NCBI GenBank assembly: GCA_038727135.1
Contig: JAVYWL010000001.1
Location: 416,001 to 480,000, forward strand
Reading direction: 5' to 3'
DNA from: Candidatus Bathyarchaeia archaeon
Lineage (GTDB): Archaea > Thermoproteota > Bathyarchaeia > Bathyarchaeales > Bathycorpusculaceae
Length of the DNA: 64,000 nucleotides
Positions 28,766 through 37,929 of this stretch are shown here, in pieces (the first letter of the stretch is position 1; the number at the start of each line of letters is the position of its first letter). A model generated the notes under the pieces. The model made no database searches. It was not told where the DNA came from and saw nothing but the letters and a program-made list of their open reading frames with translations. Both the position numbers and the translations under genes were made by a program.

Positions 28766-29875
28766 ATGAGCCATGAAATAAGATGCACCGCATGCGGGCA
28801 AGAAGCCCAAAGCCCAATAGACTATAAGTGTCGGAAATGCGGAAGCCCGCTGAATGTAAAACTTAACATAGCCTTCAACATAGAAGATATTCGAACAAGC
28901 ACCCATGGAGTTTGGCGTTACGCGAAATTCTTCCCCTACGTAAAAGCCTCGGAAATTGTCACCCTTGGCGAGGGCTGGACACCGCTAGTGAAGTTTTCGG
29001 AAAGCCTCTACTTTAAGCTTGAAAACCTAAACCCAACGGGCTCTTTCAAGGATAGAGGCTCAACCGTGCTAATATCAGCCATTCAAAAGCAGATTAAAGC
29101 TTGTGCCGGCTACATTGCTGAGGACTCTTCTGGAAACGCTGGAGCATCAATAGCGGCTTATGCCGCCCGCGCCGGAATAAAAGCCAAAATATACGTGCCA
29201 GAAAACATTTCTGGACCAAAATTCAACCAAATAATGTTTTATGGCGCAGAAGCCGTGAAAGTGACTGGTTCAAGAAGCCATGTGGCGGCTGAAGCTCAAA
29301 AGCCAGAAACCGGAAAGTTCTATGTTGGACATACTTTGCACCCCCTCTTCCGAGATGGAATAAGGAGCCTAGCCTACGAAATAGCCGAACAATTGAACTG
29401 GGAGCCTCCGGAAGGGGTTTACCTCCCAGTCTCGGCTGGAACACTGCTCTTGGGCGTTATAAACGGTTTTAGACATTTGAAAGAGGCTGGCACAATCAAA
29501 GATTTGCCCAAAATCGTAGCTTGCCAAACGAGGCAAGTCTCGCCTTTATACCACCGCTTTAAAGGCTTGCCTTACCATCCTCCTGAACAGATAGATTCTA
29601 TCGCGGACGCGCTAGTGAGTACAAACCCGCCGCTTTTGGGACTTATGGTTAAAAGTTTAAGAGAGGTTAACGGTGACGCCGTACTGGTTGAAGAAGATGA
29701 AATCATCCGATCCTTCAAAGAGCTGGCTAAAATGGGATTTTACGTGGAGCCAAGTTCAGCGGTGGCTTACGCAGCCTACCAAAAACAACTAAAGAAAGAG
29801 GCAACAGCACAAAAAGAGAAAACAGTAATAATCCTAACCGGAATGGGACTAAAAACATCCATAAAACCAAGCTAA
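28766..29875 (+). CDS. Threonine synthase-like PLP enzyme with N-terminal Zn ribbon
   Basis: CxxC...CxxC, TLGEGWTPL, NPTGSFKDRG, DSSGNAGAS, VEPSSA, LTGMGLK. Confidence 0.85.
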   Translation: MSHEIRCTACGQEAQSPIDYKCRKCGSPLNVKLNIAFNIEDIRTSTHGVWRYAKFFPYVKASEIVTLGEGWTPLVKFSESLYFKLENLNPTGSFKDRGSTVLISAIQKQIKACAGYIAEDSSGNAGASIAAYAARAGIKAKIYVPENISGPKFNQIMFYGAEAVKVTGSRSHVAAEAQKPETGKFYVGHTLHPLFRDGIRSLAYEIAEQLNWEPPEGVYLPVSAGTLLLGVINGFRHLKEAGTIKDLPKIVACQTRQVSPLYHRFKGLPYHPPEQIDSIADALVSTNPPLLGLMVKSLREVNGDAVLVEEDEIIRSFKELAKMGFYVEPSSAVAYAAYQKQLKKEATAQKEKTVIILTGMGLKTSIKPS

Positions 29876-30434
29876 AACATCGGCCTATACGGAGATTATT
29901 GCAAAAATGATAGATAAGTTTGCACGTTATGAGTTATTCTGGGATTTTATGAAGCAGGAGTTCTTGGTATTCCGAGTTTACTTTTCCTATTTTCTCTGAT
30001 GTTTCTGCTGACTTCATGCCAATCTTAGACCATTTTCGACCATAGCGCACTGGTCATTAACTGTTTTGCTACGTATTCTTCTAATGGTTTTTCTTGTTTG
30101 ATTGTTTTGGCGCCAGTTGAAGCTTATGAGCCCAGCGCATTTCAAGAATTAGATTATGCAGCCTAATTGGTAGTGGTCGAATGGGTATCCCATGCTTCTT
30201 TCAACGTTCACGGTGCTGAGCTTATTAACATGATTGACATAGGAATTGACAGCAAGAAGGCCGCGGGTTGCCTACTGAGTTTCAAAAATGATGACTGGCT
30301 TTGGAACACATGATTTTCCAAAAAGCTTGAAAAACGTACATTGTAAAGGGGCGGTTTTCTCGGCCCCTTAACGCCGCCTAGAAGCTTCTTTAAGCTTAAA
30401 TTTTTGAATGGCTTGAGAAGATGGTAGATTTTAG

Positions 30435-30759
30435 TTAGGGCTGGCGTGTTGGCTGTAACCCGCCTTCTGTTTTATGTGGCATTCGGCTAATCGGGCTACC
30501 TGCGCTTCGGGTAGAGGCTTCATCAGCGCTTGTTTGCCCTTTCCACGCGCAGGACGGCCGTTTCACCGTTTCCACCCAGCATTCTCGACAACTTAGCATG
30601 CCTCATTGGCATCTGTCTGGGTGGACGTTTCGTTTCTGCTCCGTTGCCAAGGCTCTCGCCTTACGCCCTTGCGGGCGTTGCACTTCTACATGTGGGCGGA
30701 GTTTCCTCAAGCCTCATGATTTTCGGCTCGAAAGCCACACGCCAACTCGCCAGCCCTAA
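30435..30759 (-). ncRNA. rnpB: RNase P RNA (archaeal)
   Basis: On the minus strand: GAGGAAACTCCGCCC (P4 5' motif) and AAAACAGAAGGCGGGTTA (P4 3' motif); the ends TTAGGGCTGGCG / CGCCAGCCCTAA pair as P1. Confidence 0.93.
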
Positions 30760-30845
30760 GACTTCATGTATCACGCTGTGCAATAAAAGTTTTGGAAAAC
30801 TTATCTCATTGTAAAACATTTATGCTAATGATGACGGTGTCTAAT

Positions 30846-31436
30846 TTGAGTAAGCTTGTTATCCTAATCACTGGAACTCCTTGTGTTGGGAAAACTTCCG
30901 TGGCACGTTTGCTTGCCGCGAGGCTTAATGCCGTTTATGTGAATTTAACGGAATTTGCCACGAAAAATAACCTTGTTATAGGTGCGGATGAAAGGAGGGG
31001 CGGCTCTCTAATAGTTGATGAAAGACGCTTAAAAAAGGGGGTAACTAAGCTGATAGAAGATGCCGGCGAACAAAGCGTTATTATAGATGGGCATTACGCT
31101 GCAAATGTAGTTCCGGAAAAGCTTGTAACACATGCTTTTGTTTTGCGACGCGACCCAGTTGAGCTGCGGGGTTTTATGGAAAAAGCTGGGTTTTCCGGCA
31201 ATAAGTTATGGGAGAATTTGGCTTCTGAAATTCTGGATGTCTGCTTGGTTGATGCATTAAACGCGTATGGAAAAGAAAAGGTCTGCGAAATCGATGTTAC
31301 CGGGAAAAGCGTTGAAGATACCATTGAAAAGATTCTGTCAATCTTAAATGGTTCTAAAAAGTGCCGTGTAGGCGTGGTTGATTGGCTCGGGAAACTGGAA
31401 AGCGAAGGGTTACTAAATGAATATTTGAGGATTTAG
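30846..31436 (+). CDS. Adenylate kinase isoenzyme 6 / Fap7-like P-loop kinase
   Basis: ITGTPCVGKT, IIDGHY, VLRRDP, KLWENLASE, EIDVTGK. Confidence 0.88.
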   Translation: MSKLVILITGTPCVGKTSVARLLAARLNAVYVNLTEFATKNNLVIGADERRGGSLIVDERRLKKGVTKLIEDAGEQSVIIDGHYAANVVPEKLVTHAFVLRRDPVELRGFMEKAGFSGNKLWENLASEILDVCLVDALNAYGKEKVCEIDVTGKSVEDTIEKILSILNGSKKCRVGVVDWLGKLESEGLLNEYLRI

Positions 31437-31457
31437 GAAAGCTTATTGCTTTGTCTT

Positions 31458-31823
31458 TTATGCTTTTAGGCTCTGTAAAATCTGCCTTGTCGTTAAAATC
31501 ATTATTTTTCGCCTGTTTGCGTATGCTTTTGCGTGATCGCTGAATTTTTCTCCGACTATAACTGGGTTGGGCAGCCCCACCTCTTCTGAGGCTTTATCAA
31601 GGTTTATTATGATGTTTATGCCTATCGTTCTTTTCCAGTCTTTTATCCAAACGCCTTGTGTTAGGCGCCCTTTCTGAATTATTAGGTCAAAGTTTCGAGG
31701 TATCCCCCTGTAACCTTCGAGGCTGACGTTTTCCTCTACTTTGTAGCCTTTCTTTCTGAAGTATTGTATTACTGACTGTTTTAAGTCGGATGATTTTTCC
31801 GGCTTTGTCTTTTCGCTGTCCAT
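31458..31823 (-). CDS. Stand-alone PD-(D/E)xK (Mrr-cat-like) domain protein
   Basis: YFRKKGYKVEEN...FDLII...VWIKDW...FSDHAKAYA pattern. Confidence 0.7.
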   Translation of the reverse strand: MDSEKTKPEKSSDLKQSVIQYFRKKGYKVEENVSLEGYRGIPRNFDLIIQKGRLTQGVWIKDWKRTIGINIIINLDKASEEVGLPNPVIVGEKFSDHAKAYANRRKIMILTTRQILQSLKA

Positions 31824-31888
31824 CGAAATCCTCTTGTATTAAGCGTTATTTACCAGTTTAGTGAAAAGGTTTTCGGAGCGAGCAAGCA

Positions 31889-32113
31889 TTGACAGACTAC
31901 ATAATTGTTGTCTGTGAGTGTGGAGGCTACCTTCTCGCTAAAGCGAGTCAAAAATCGAGAACTTGCCCTCACTGCGGGTCAAGAGTTTTGCTGGAAAAGG
32001 CTCGAAAGGTTGCCTCTGCCGAAAAAGCTGATGAAGCATCAATGATACTGCGTAGGTTAAAGGAGAAAGCCGCCGCAAAACATGGAAAGGCTAAGCTTCA
32101 AAGGCTACTTTGA
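31889..32113 (+). CDS. Small Zn-ribbon protein (DUF1922-like)
   Basis: CECGGYL...RTCPHCG. Confidence 0.75.
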   Translation: MTDYIIVVCECGGYLLAKASQKSRTCPHCGSRVLLEKARKVASAEKADEASMILRRLKEKAAAKHGKAKLQRLL

Positions 32114-32837
32114 GGAAAGCCATAAGCCCTATTCCAAGAAGGATTACAAAGAGTTGAATAATAGACTCGCCAGCATGTGATTTTTTATGAAGTTCTGGCA
32201 TAAGGTCCGTAGCCGCTATATAAATGAAGCCGCCAGCAGCAAAAGGAACTAGAAGAGTTTCTATGCTTCTAAGGTAAGCCAGAAAATAGGTTGCCAACGC
32301 TCCCAGAATAGCTGTCACGGCTGAAATGAAATTGTAAGTTAGTGCCTTTTTTCTGCTTAATCCTCCATAGACCAGCACGCCAAAGTCGCCTATCTCCTGG
32401 GGGACTTCATGGAAAATCACAGCTAAAGTTGCGGCAAAACCCAGCTCAAAGCTCACCATAAAGGTTGCGGCTATGACCATCCCATCGATGAAGTTGTGGA
32501 TTCCGTCTCCAAGAAGATTTAGGTAAACGAAAGTGTGAGTTGGACATTCTTTTTCGTGGCAGTGGCGCCAATAAAGGAACTTTTCTAACGTGAAGAATGA
32601 TATTATCCCGACTATAACGCACCAGAAGACTGTTGTTGCGTCATTTTCGGGTGTTAGGGATTCTGGAAGTAGATGGAAGAATGCTCCGCCTATAAGAGTG
32701 CCAGAGGCAAAGCCCACTAAAACCATTGTTAGACGTTTTAGTTTATCCTCTTTTAACCCGATGAAGACTATTCCTATGAAGGCGATGAGGCTTACGGCTG
32801 TCACTGATGCCAAAATTGCAATTAAATCGTTCATCAA
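32091..32837 (-). CDS. ZIP family metal transporter
   Basis: HLLPE, HCHEKEC loop, DGIHNFIDG, HEVPQEIGDFG, DLMPEL. Confidence 0.93.
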   Translation of the reverse strand: MMNDLIAILASVTAVSLIAFIGIVFIGLKEDKLKRLTMVLVGFASGTLIGGAFFHLLPESLTPENDATTVFWCVIVGIISFFTLEKFLYWRHCHEKECPTHTFVYLNLLGDGIHNFIDGMVIAATFMVSFELGFAATLAVIFHEVPQEIGDFGVLVYGGLSRKKALTYNFISAVTAILGALATYFLAYLRSIETLLVPFAAGGFIYIAATDLMPELHKKSHAGESIIQLFVILLGIGLMAFLKVAFEA

Positions 32838-32877
32838 TCCTCAATGGTTAAAGCCTAAACTTATTAGAGTATCGGTT

Positions 32878-33852
32878 TCAGTCCCTAACTTTCTGGAGCA
32901 TTTCACAAGCCTTACACAATATTTGCGTTGTTGGCTCCCCGCAATCGCTGCATTCCCTCAAGGTTTCTGTTCTTTCGATTTTTTGTATGGCTAGTCTAAG
33001 TTTTTCCGCCGCCTTGAAAATTGTGTATTTTATGCCAGCGTGTTTTTCCTCCATTCTATTTAGAAAGTTTCGCACATCGTTCCTTAAGGCTTCTGGGGCG
33101 TAGGGACATGGAATACTTTGAAACTTTATCTTTTGGATGTAGGCGTAGAGTGCTGTTTCCTTTTCCGGAATTTCACAGAAGGGCTTTACCCGTACCACAA
33201 GTTTTAGGTGGGTTTCGTCCGTCACTGGTTTTTCCCTCGCGATTCGATAAGGATCGCCATGAAGCATGTTAAGCAGAACTGTTTGGACTTCATCATCCAA
33301 TGTGTGGGCTGTTGCAAGCTTGTCCGCATTAACCTTTCTCGCAATTATGTTTAATGCTTTCCTTCTCAAAACACCACAGTAAGCACACGGCGATAATTCG
33401 CCTTCATTTTTGCTTTTTAACCTTTTAACAATTTCATCAAGCGTAAAACCATAAAGCTCTTTAAAGGAAATTGTGTAATGTTCCACACCAAGTTTTCTGC
33501 AGTTTTCCCCAGCAATTTTTATCGCTTCGTCTCTGTATCCAGCAATTCCTTCATCCACAGAAACCGCAACAAGCGAAGCTTTCGGATAGCCTCGCTCTAT
33601 TTTGGACAAAATGTGCAAGAGGCTCACGCTGTCCTTTCCGCCAGAAACAGCCACAGCTATTCTATCGTAAAACTCAAACATGCCATATTTAGCTATGGTG
33701 GCTCTAACTTTATTTTCAATTGATTTAACGAAGCAGCCTTTACATAGCCTCTCTCCAGAGTATGGTCTAAAGAAAAAGGCTTCCTTTCGCTTGCAGATAC
33801 TACAGAGCGCTTCGTTGCCAGCATTTTCCACTTTAATCAGTCTTCCATGCAT
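32878..33852 (-). CDS. tRNA 2-thiolation protein (TtuA/Ncs6 family)
   Basis: CSIC, SGGKDS PP-loop, CAYCGVLRR, TAHTLDD, PCPY, CSDCGE...CKAC; start position uncertain. Confidence 0.9.
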   Translation of the reverse strand: MHGRLIKVENAGNEALCSICKRKEAFFFRPYSGERLCKGCFVKSIENKVRATIAKYGMFEFYDRIAVAVSGGKDSVSLLHILSKIERGYPKASLVAVSVDEGIAGYRDEAIKIAGENCRKLGVEHYTISFKELYGFTLDEIVKRLKSKNEGELSPCAYCGVLRRKALNIIARKVNADKLATAHTLDDEVQTVLLNMLHGDPYRIAREKPVTDETHLKLVVRVKPFCEIPEKETALYAYIQKIKFQSIPCPYAPEALRNDVRNFLNRMEEKHAGIKYTIFKAAEKLRLAIQKIERTETLRECSDCGEPTTQILCKACEMLQKVRD

Positions 33853-33943
33853 CGTGAAGTTGCTAAGGAAATACTTTTCAAGGCGAAATTTAACGCTTCT
33901 TGAACACAGAAGAGTTTTCAAGGATAAATGGAATATCTAATGG

Positions 33944-34660
33944 TTGGATGCCATGGCTAAGAAACCTTCAAGGCTTCCAGAGGCTCTGGAAGTCGTTTAC
34001 AGCACAGAACGTTGGGCTTTGCTCAAGAAACTTAGGGCAAAGGCTTTGCAATTAATGGGGGTGCTTGCAAAGTTTAATATAGAAGCCATAACCCACGGCA
34101 GCATTGCGAGAGGAGATGTGACAGAGAAAAGCGATGTTGACATTTTCATACCCCATCCACCGTCATCTTTTCTAATTGAAACAGCTCTTGAACAGGCGGG
34201 AATACCGATAAACAGGCGACTCGTTGTGCAAGCAACACCCACATATGCAATGAAAGGCTACATCGAAATTGACGAAAAAACCAGTGTCTCGTTTCCATTA
34301 ATGAATATGCGAAGGATTGAAAGGGAATTTTACAAGTTCGGTGGTGAAGCGACATTTGAAGTTTTGAAATCTGGAGCGCGAGTTGCCGGCGTGGATAAAC
34401 GCCTAATGCTCATTGAGCCCACTGAGAAAGGACATAAAGAAAGCGGGATAGTTGGCCAAGAAGAACATGTTGCCAAAACGTTGAAAATTTCTGTAGAAAC
34501 AGTTCTTGATAGGGTTCACGCCCTTCTGAGAAGGAACGAGGTGGGCAGAACTGGTGTTTTTCTCCAAAAGGAGCTAGCTGAGAGCGAAACCTTCGAGTTA
34601 GCTTTGAAAAAATTGGCAGAAGAAAATCCAGCCATTCGAAGGAGACTAAAAACCCTTTAA
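33944..34660 (+). CDS. Archaeal Pol-beta-type nucleotidyltransferase domain protein
   Basis: HGSIARGDVTEKSDVDIF, EFYKFGG, RVAGVDKRL, GRTGVF. Confidence 0.85.
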   Translation: MDAMAKKPSRLPEALEVVYSTERWALLKKLRAKALQLMGVLAKFNIEAITHGSIARGDVTEKSDVDIFIPHPPSSFLIETALEQAGIPINRRLVVQATPTYAMKGYIEIDEKTSVSFPLMNMRRIEREFYKFGGEATFEVLKSGARVAGVDKRLMLIEPTEKGHKESGIVGQEEHVAKTLKISVETVLDRVHALLRRNEVGRTGVFLQKELAESETFELALKKLAEENPAIRRRLKTL

Positions 34661-35745
34661 GCCAACTGCATTGGCGGTGCAAACCTTAGAAGGGCGGCCA
34701 CACCGCCTAAAGCAACGAGTTTTGCTCCAGCCTCGTGTTCTGTGCTTATAACCATGACTTTTCCGCCTTTCTGCTCCACATCCTTCATTAATCGCTCCAA
34801 GGATAAGCGCTCCTCATCCTCTGCCCCACGCAATGTTGTGTCAGCCAAAACTAGTACATCAACAGCTCCGTACTCCGAGGCCTTACGAGCTTCGTCTAAA
34901 CCGTAAACCACTGTTCGCTCGCCTTTGCCGAGCCTTTTCAGAATTTCCTCAACAACTTCGGTTTCCTCAACGATTCTCAAGTGCTTCATAGTCTTTGTTA
35001 GGACTCCTGAGCGGATAGCCTCATAAATGCCTGCGACACCACTGTTGTTTACGCTTTTCACGTCGGCGACTGATTTGGCCATTTCTGGATCTTCTTTCTC
35101 CAGAAACTTTGCAAAGTCGTTTTTTATGAAGCCTACGCCAATTATGGCGATTGGGCTGCGGGCTTCGCTCCAGATTTGGCGCAAATTGTTAAACACGTTT
35201 TGGAAGAACTCTTTGACCGCCTCGCTTCTTTTTTCAGCCTCAAGTTTTCCCGGAAGCCTTGTATGTTCCTCCACTTTTACTTCAACGCCATACTGAGTCG
35301 TTGTGGCTATTGCGAAGCCTTCATCATCTATCGCCACAATTATTATGGGCTTTTCCGAAGTTTTCTTGGCTATCTCCAATCTTTCAAGCTGGTGACTCGC
35401 CCACTCCTCCTTTACGATAGTTACTGGCGAATTCAAAGTAATATTCAACGTGTGATGTGCACCTGTCGGGATTATTTCTGGTGCATGGCATATTGTTCCA
35501 TGAACCCTAAGTCTTCCAAGGAGCTTGTCCCAAGCAACCTTTTCCACTTTAACGCCCATGAAAACTGAAATCCTTTCGCCCCGCCTCCCCCTAGAATATT
35601 TCTCGTCCTGTTTTATCTCTCGTGACGTGTAGGCGTAAACCTCGTCGCCCACATAGATAATGTTGTAGAGATGCCACAGATCGTCAAAAGTTTCTGGGAT
35701 AACCTTTACAAAGCCCTTTTTTAAGTTCATCTCCAGAATCTTCAA
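34657..35745 (-). CDS. pelA: Pelota (mRNA surveillance, Dom34 homologue)
   Basis: ETFDDLWHLYNII, RLRVHG, GAHHTLNI, HEAGAKLVALGGVAALLRF. Confidence 0.95.
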   Translation of the reverse strand: MKILEMNLKKGFVKVIPETFDDLWHLYNIIYVGDEVYAYTSREIKQDEKYSRGRRGERISVFMGVKVEKVAWDKLLGRLRVHGTICHAPEIIPTGAHHTLNITLNSPVTIVKEEWASHQLERLEIAKKTSEKPIIIVAIDDEGFAIATTTQYGVEVKVEEHTRLPGKLEAEKRSEAVKEFFQNVFNNLRQIWSEARSPIAIIGVGFIKNDFAKFLEKEDPEMAKSVADVKSVNNSGVAGIYEAIRSGVLTKTMKHLRIVEETEVVEEILKRLGKGERTVVYGLDEARKASEYGAVDVLVLADTTLRGAEDEERLSLERLMKDVEQKGGKVMVISTEHEAGAKLVALGGVAALLRFAPPMQLA

Positions 35746-35769
35746 CGATTTTCCTCTTCCGTTAGTCGC

Positions 35770-36243
35770 TTAATTCAATACTTGCGGGTGTGGGGGTCTT
35801 ACAAGCTCTTCTAATATGCTGAGCATGTCTGGAACCTTTGTCACAATGTCGGTAAAAGTGATAATGCCCACAAGCTCATCGTTATTTCTTGTAACAAGGA
35901 GCCGCTTAATGCCTTTTTTCGCCATCAACTTGGCAGCCTCATTTATACTTGCATTCTCATCAATTGTTACCACGGGGCTTGTCATAATCTGCCTAGCCGT
36001 CAAAGTTTCCGGCGCCAAACATGGCTCAACAATCCTCCTTAAAATATCCCGCTCAGTAATTATCCCGACCGGTCTATCGCCTTGAACAACCACAACAGAG
36101 CCTATATCAAACTTGTTCATTGTAGCAACAACCTCTTTAACACTCGAGTCGGGACGCACAACGCGAACGTTCTTTGACATGACATCCCTAACAAGAACAA
36201 TTCCAGCCAAACCAGCAACCTCCAAACTATGGATACTGCCCAA
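35770..36243 (-). CDS. Tandem CBS domain protein
   Basis: VRDVMS...GIITERDI...IMTSPV...GIITFTDI. Confidence 0.9.
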   Translation of the reverse strand: MGSIHSLEVAGLAGIVLVRDVMSKNVRVVRPDSSVKEVVATMNKFDIGSVVVVQGDRPVGIITERDILRRIVEPCLAPETLTARQIMTSPVVTIDENASINEAAKLMAKKGIKRLLVTRNNDELVGIITFTDIVTKVPDMLSILEELVRPPHPQVLN

Positions 36244-36303
36244 AGTATTAAACTATTCCGACAGCAAAATCCTTAATAAACGTCCTCGTAACGTTTACAT
36301 CTT

Positions 36304-36378
36304 GGGCCGGTAGATCAGCCTGGAATGATCGCAGCGTTGGCATCGCTGAGGTCGCGGGTTCAAATCCCGCCCGGTCCA
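36304..36378 (+). tRNA. tRNA-Ala(GGC)
   Basis: GGGCCGG/CCGGTCC acceptor stem with G3:U70, anticodon arm CAGCG-TTGGCAT-CGCTG, T loop GGTTCAAATCC. Confidence 0.95.
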
Positions 36379-36420
36379 TTCTTCTTAACATTTAAAAAAA
36401 AGGCTTTTGACGCGTAAATT

Positions 36421-36451
36421 TTTTATATCCTTGGATGGATAATCCATCCAA
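36421..36451 (+). promoter_or_regulatory. TATA box followed by a perfect 21-bp palindrome (candidate operator)
   Basis: TTTTATAT at 36421-36428, then TTGGATGGAT-A-ATCCATCCAA at 36431-36451, 18 bp before the TTG start at 36469. Confidence 0.75.
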
Positions 36452-36468
36452 CAAAAGGAGAAATTGAC

Positions 36469-37929
36469 TTGAGAGAAAAAATACTTGTATTACTTGCAAT
36501 TGTCTGTTTTTGCACAATGGTGTATTGTCCTCAAGTAAAAATATGCGCCGCACAAGGCCTCGATTTCAAACTAGTGGATGTACTACTCGATTATGGAAAT
36601 GGAACACGCGTGTGGGCCTCATGCATACTGCAATCCGGTGCCTACACCGTATACAATGCAACACGGCTGGTCGCATCATCTTTAAATGTCACATGGTATG
36701 ATGGTTTAGCCTTTGTGGAAGCCATAGATGGTGTTTGGAATAGTTATCCCTACTTTTGGATTTGGTGGTATTGGAACAGTTCTGAATTCCGGTGGGTTAT
36801 GGGACCGGTGGCATGTAACCAGTATGTCCTTGAAGACTGCGACATAGTGGCATGGTACTATGAAGACTGTATCGGTTGGCCTCCTAGCCCTCCACCAGAT
36901 CCTCCCGTGACAAAAGTTGATGTTTTACTGGATTACGGAAATGGAACCATAACTTGGTATGAAAATTTAGAAGTGCTTGGCTTCGCTTCGGTTTTGAAAG
37001 CTACAAAGGCCGTTGCCACTGTGGAATATTCTTTGTGGGGCACCGACGTCTTTGTTGACGCCATAAACAATGTCTGGAACGACTACATCTCATTCGTCTA
37101 CTTCTGGATTTACTGGTACTGGAACCACTCGGCCAAGTGCTGGGAGGCAGGAGCTGTTGCATGCAACAAGCACCTGCTTTCTAGTGGGGACATCATAGCA
37201 TGGTACTATGAAGACTGCACCACGTGGCCGTTGGCACCGCCAACTCTAACACCGCATCCTAAAGCCAGCTTCACATGGGCGCCCGATATTCCCAAGGTTG
37301 GCCAAACTGTAACCTTTGACGCTTCAGCCTCAAAGCCTAACGGAGGCACTATAATTGACTATGCATGGAATTTTGGAGATGGAAGCGTAGCCCATGGCAA
37401 AATTGTTGCCCATACTTACAATAGTCCAGGAACATATATTGTAACGCTAAATGTCACAGACAGCAGCGGCCTATGGGACGTTGAACAGAAACAGATAATG
37501 GTAGTTCAGCCTTACGGCCCTAAAGCGAACTTTGAGGCTTTCCCAGAAACCGCAAAGGTTGGAGAAAAAATAAAGTTTGATGCTTCAGCTTCCCTCTCGG
37601 GATGGAATGGAACACACACGATGCCGATAACAGAGTACCGTTGGAACTTCGGCGACGGAAACATAACAGTCACAAACCAGCCAATAATATACCATAGCTA
37701 TAGCGCGGCGGGAAACTATTACGTAACATTGACTGTTTACGCACCCGGCGCAACCCCAGATACAGATTCTGCAACGGTGAAAGTAACAGTGTTCGCGGTG
37801 CCTGTTGGAGGCCAATCGGTTTCCGTGAAAACACCTGCCGCAGAAAAAGGCCTAGCGGTCTATCTGGTTTTGGTGGCGCTTATTACTGCCACTTTTGCAG
37901 TTTTAAAGCGCAAGTCCATAAGAAGATGA
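36469..37929 (+). CDS. Surface protein: signal peptide, two DUF4430-like domains, two PKD domains, C-terminal TM anchor
   Basis: Repeated VDVLLDYGNGT...FVxAIxxVWN...FWIxWYWN...VACN...DIxAWYY units; WNFGDG...HxY...GxYxVTLxV PKD repeats; TM helix plus KRKSIRR tail. Confidence 0.8.
   Translation: MREKILVLLAIVCFCTMVYCPQVKICAAQGLDFKLVDVLLDYGNGTRVWASCILQSGAYTVYNATRLVASSLNVTWYDGLAFVEAIDGVWNSYPYFWIWWYWNSSEFRWVMGPVACNQYVLEDCDIVAWYYEDCIGWPPSPPPDPPVTKVDVLLDYGNGTITWYENLEVLGFASVLKATKAVATVEYSLWGTDVFVDAINNVWNDYISFVYFWIYWYWNHSAKCWEAGAVACNKHLLSSGDIIAWYYEDCTTWPLAPPTLTPHPKASFTWAPDIPKVGQTVTFDASASKPNGGTIIDYAWNFGDGSVAHGKIVAHTYNSPGTYIVTLNVTDSSGLWDVEQKQIMVVQPYGPKANFEAFPETAKVGEKIKFDASASLSGWNGTHTMPITEYRWNFGDGNITVTNQPIIYHSYSAAGNYYVTLTVYAPGATPDTDSATVKVTVFAVPVGGQSVSVKTPAAEKGLAVYLVLVALITATFAVLKRKSIRR

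Noticed and set aside
30530-30814. 94-aa plus-strand ORF
   Set aside because: Antisense to the GC-rich RNase P RNA; not a plausible protein
33944-34660. Nucleotidyltransferase as an MNT-HEPN toxin-antitoxin pair
   Set aside because: Longer conserved archaeal family with no adjacent HEPN gene; the weakly HEPN-like ORF is 29 kb away
36851-37218. Repeated CATGGTACTATGAAGACTG as a possible CRISPR or DNA repeat
   Set aside because: Only two copies, in frame, explained by the tandem domain duplication within the surface protein
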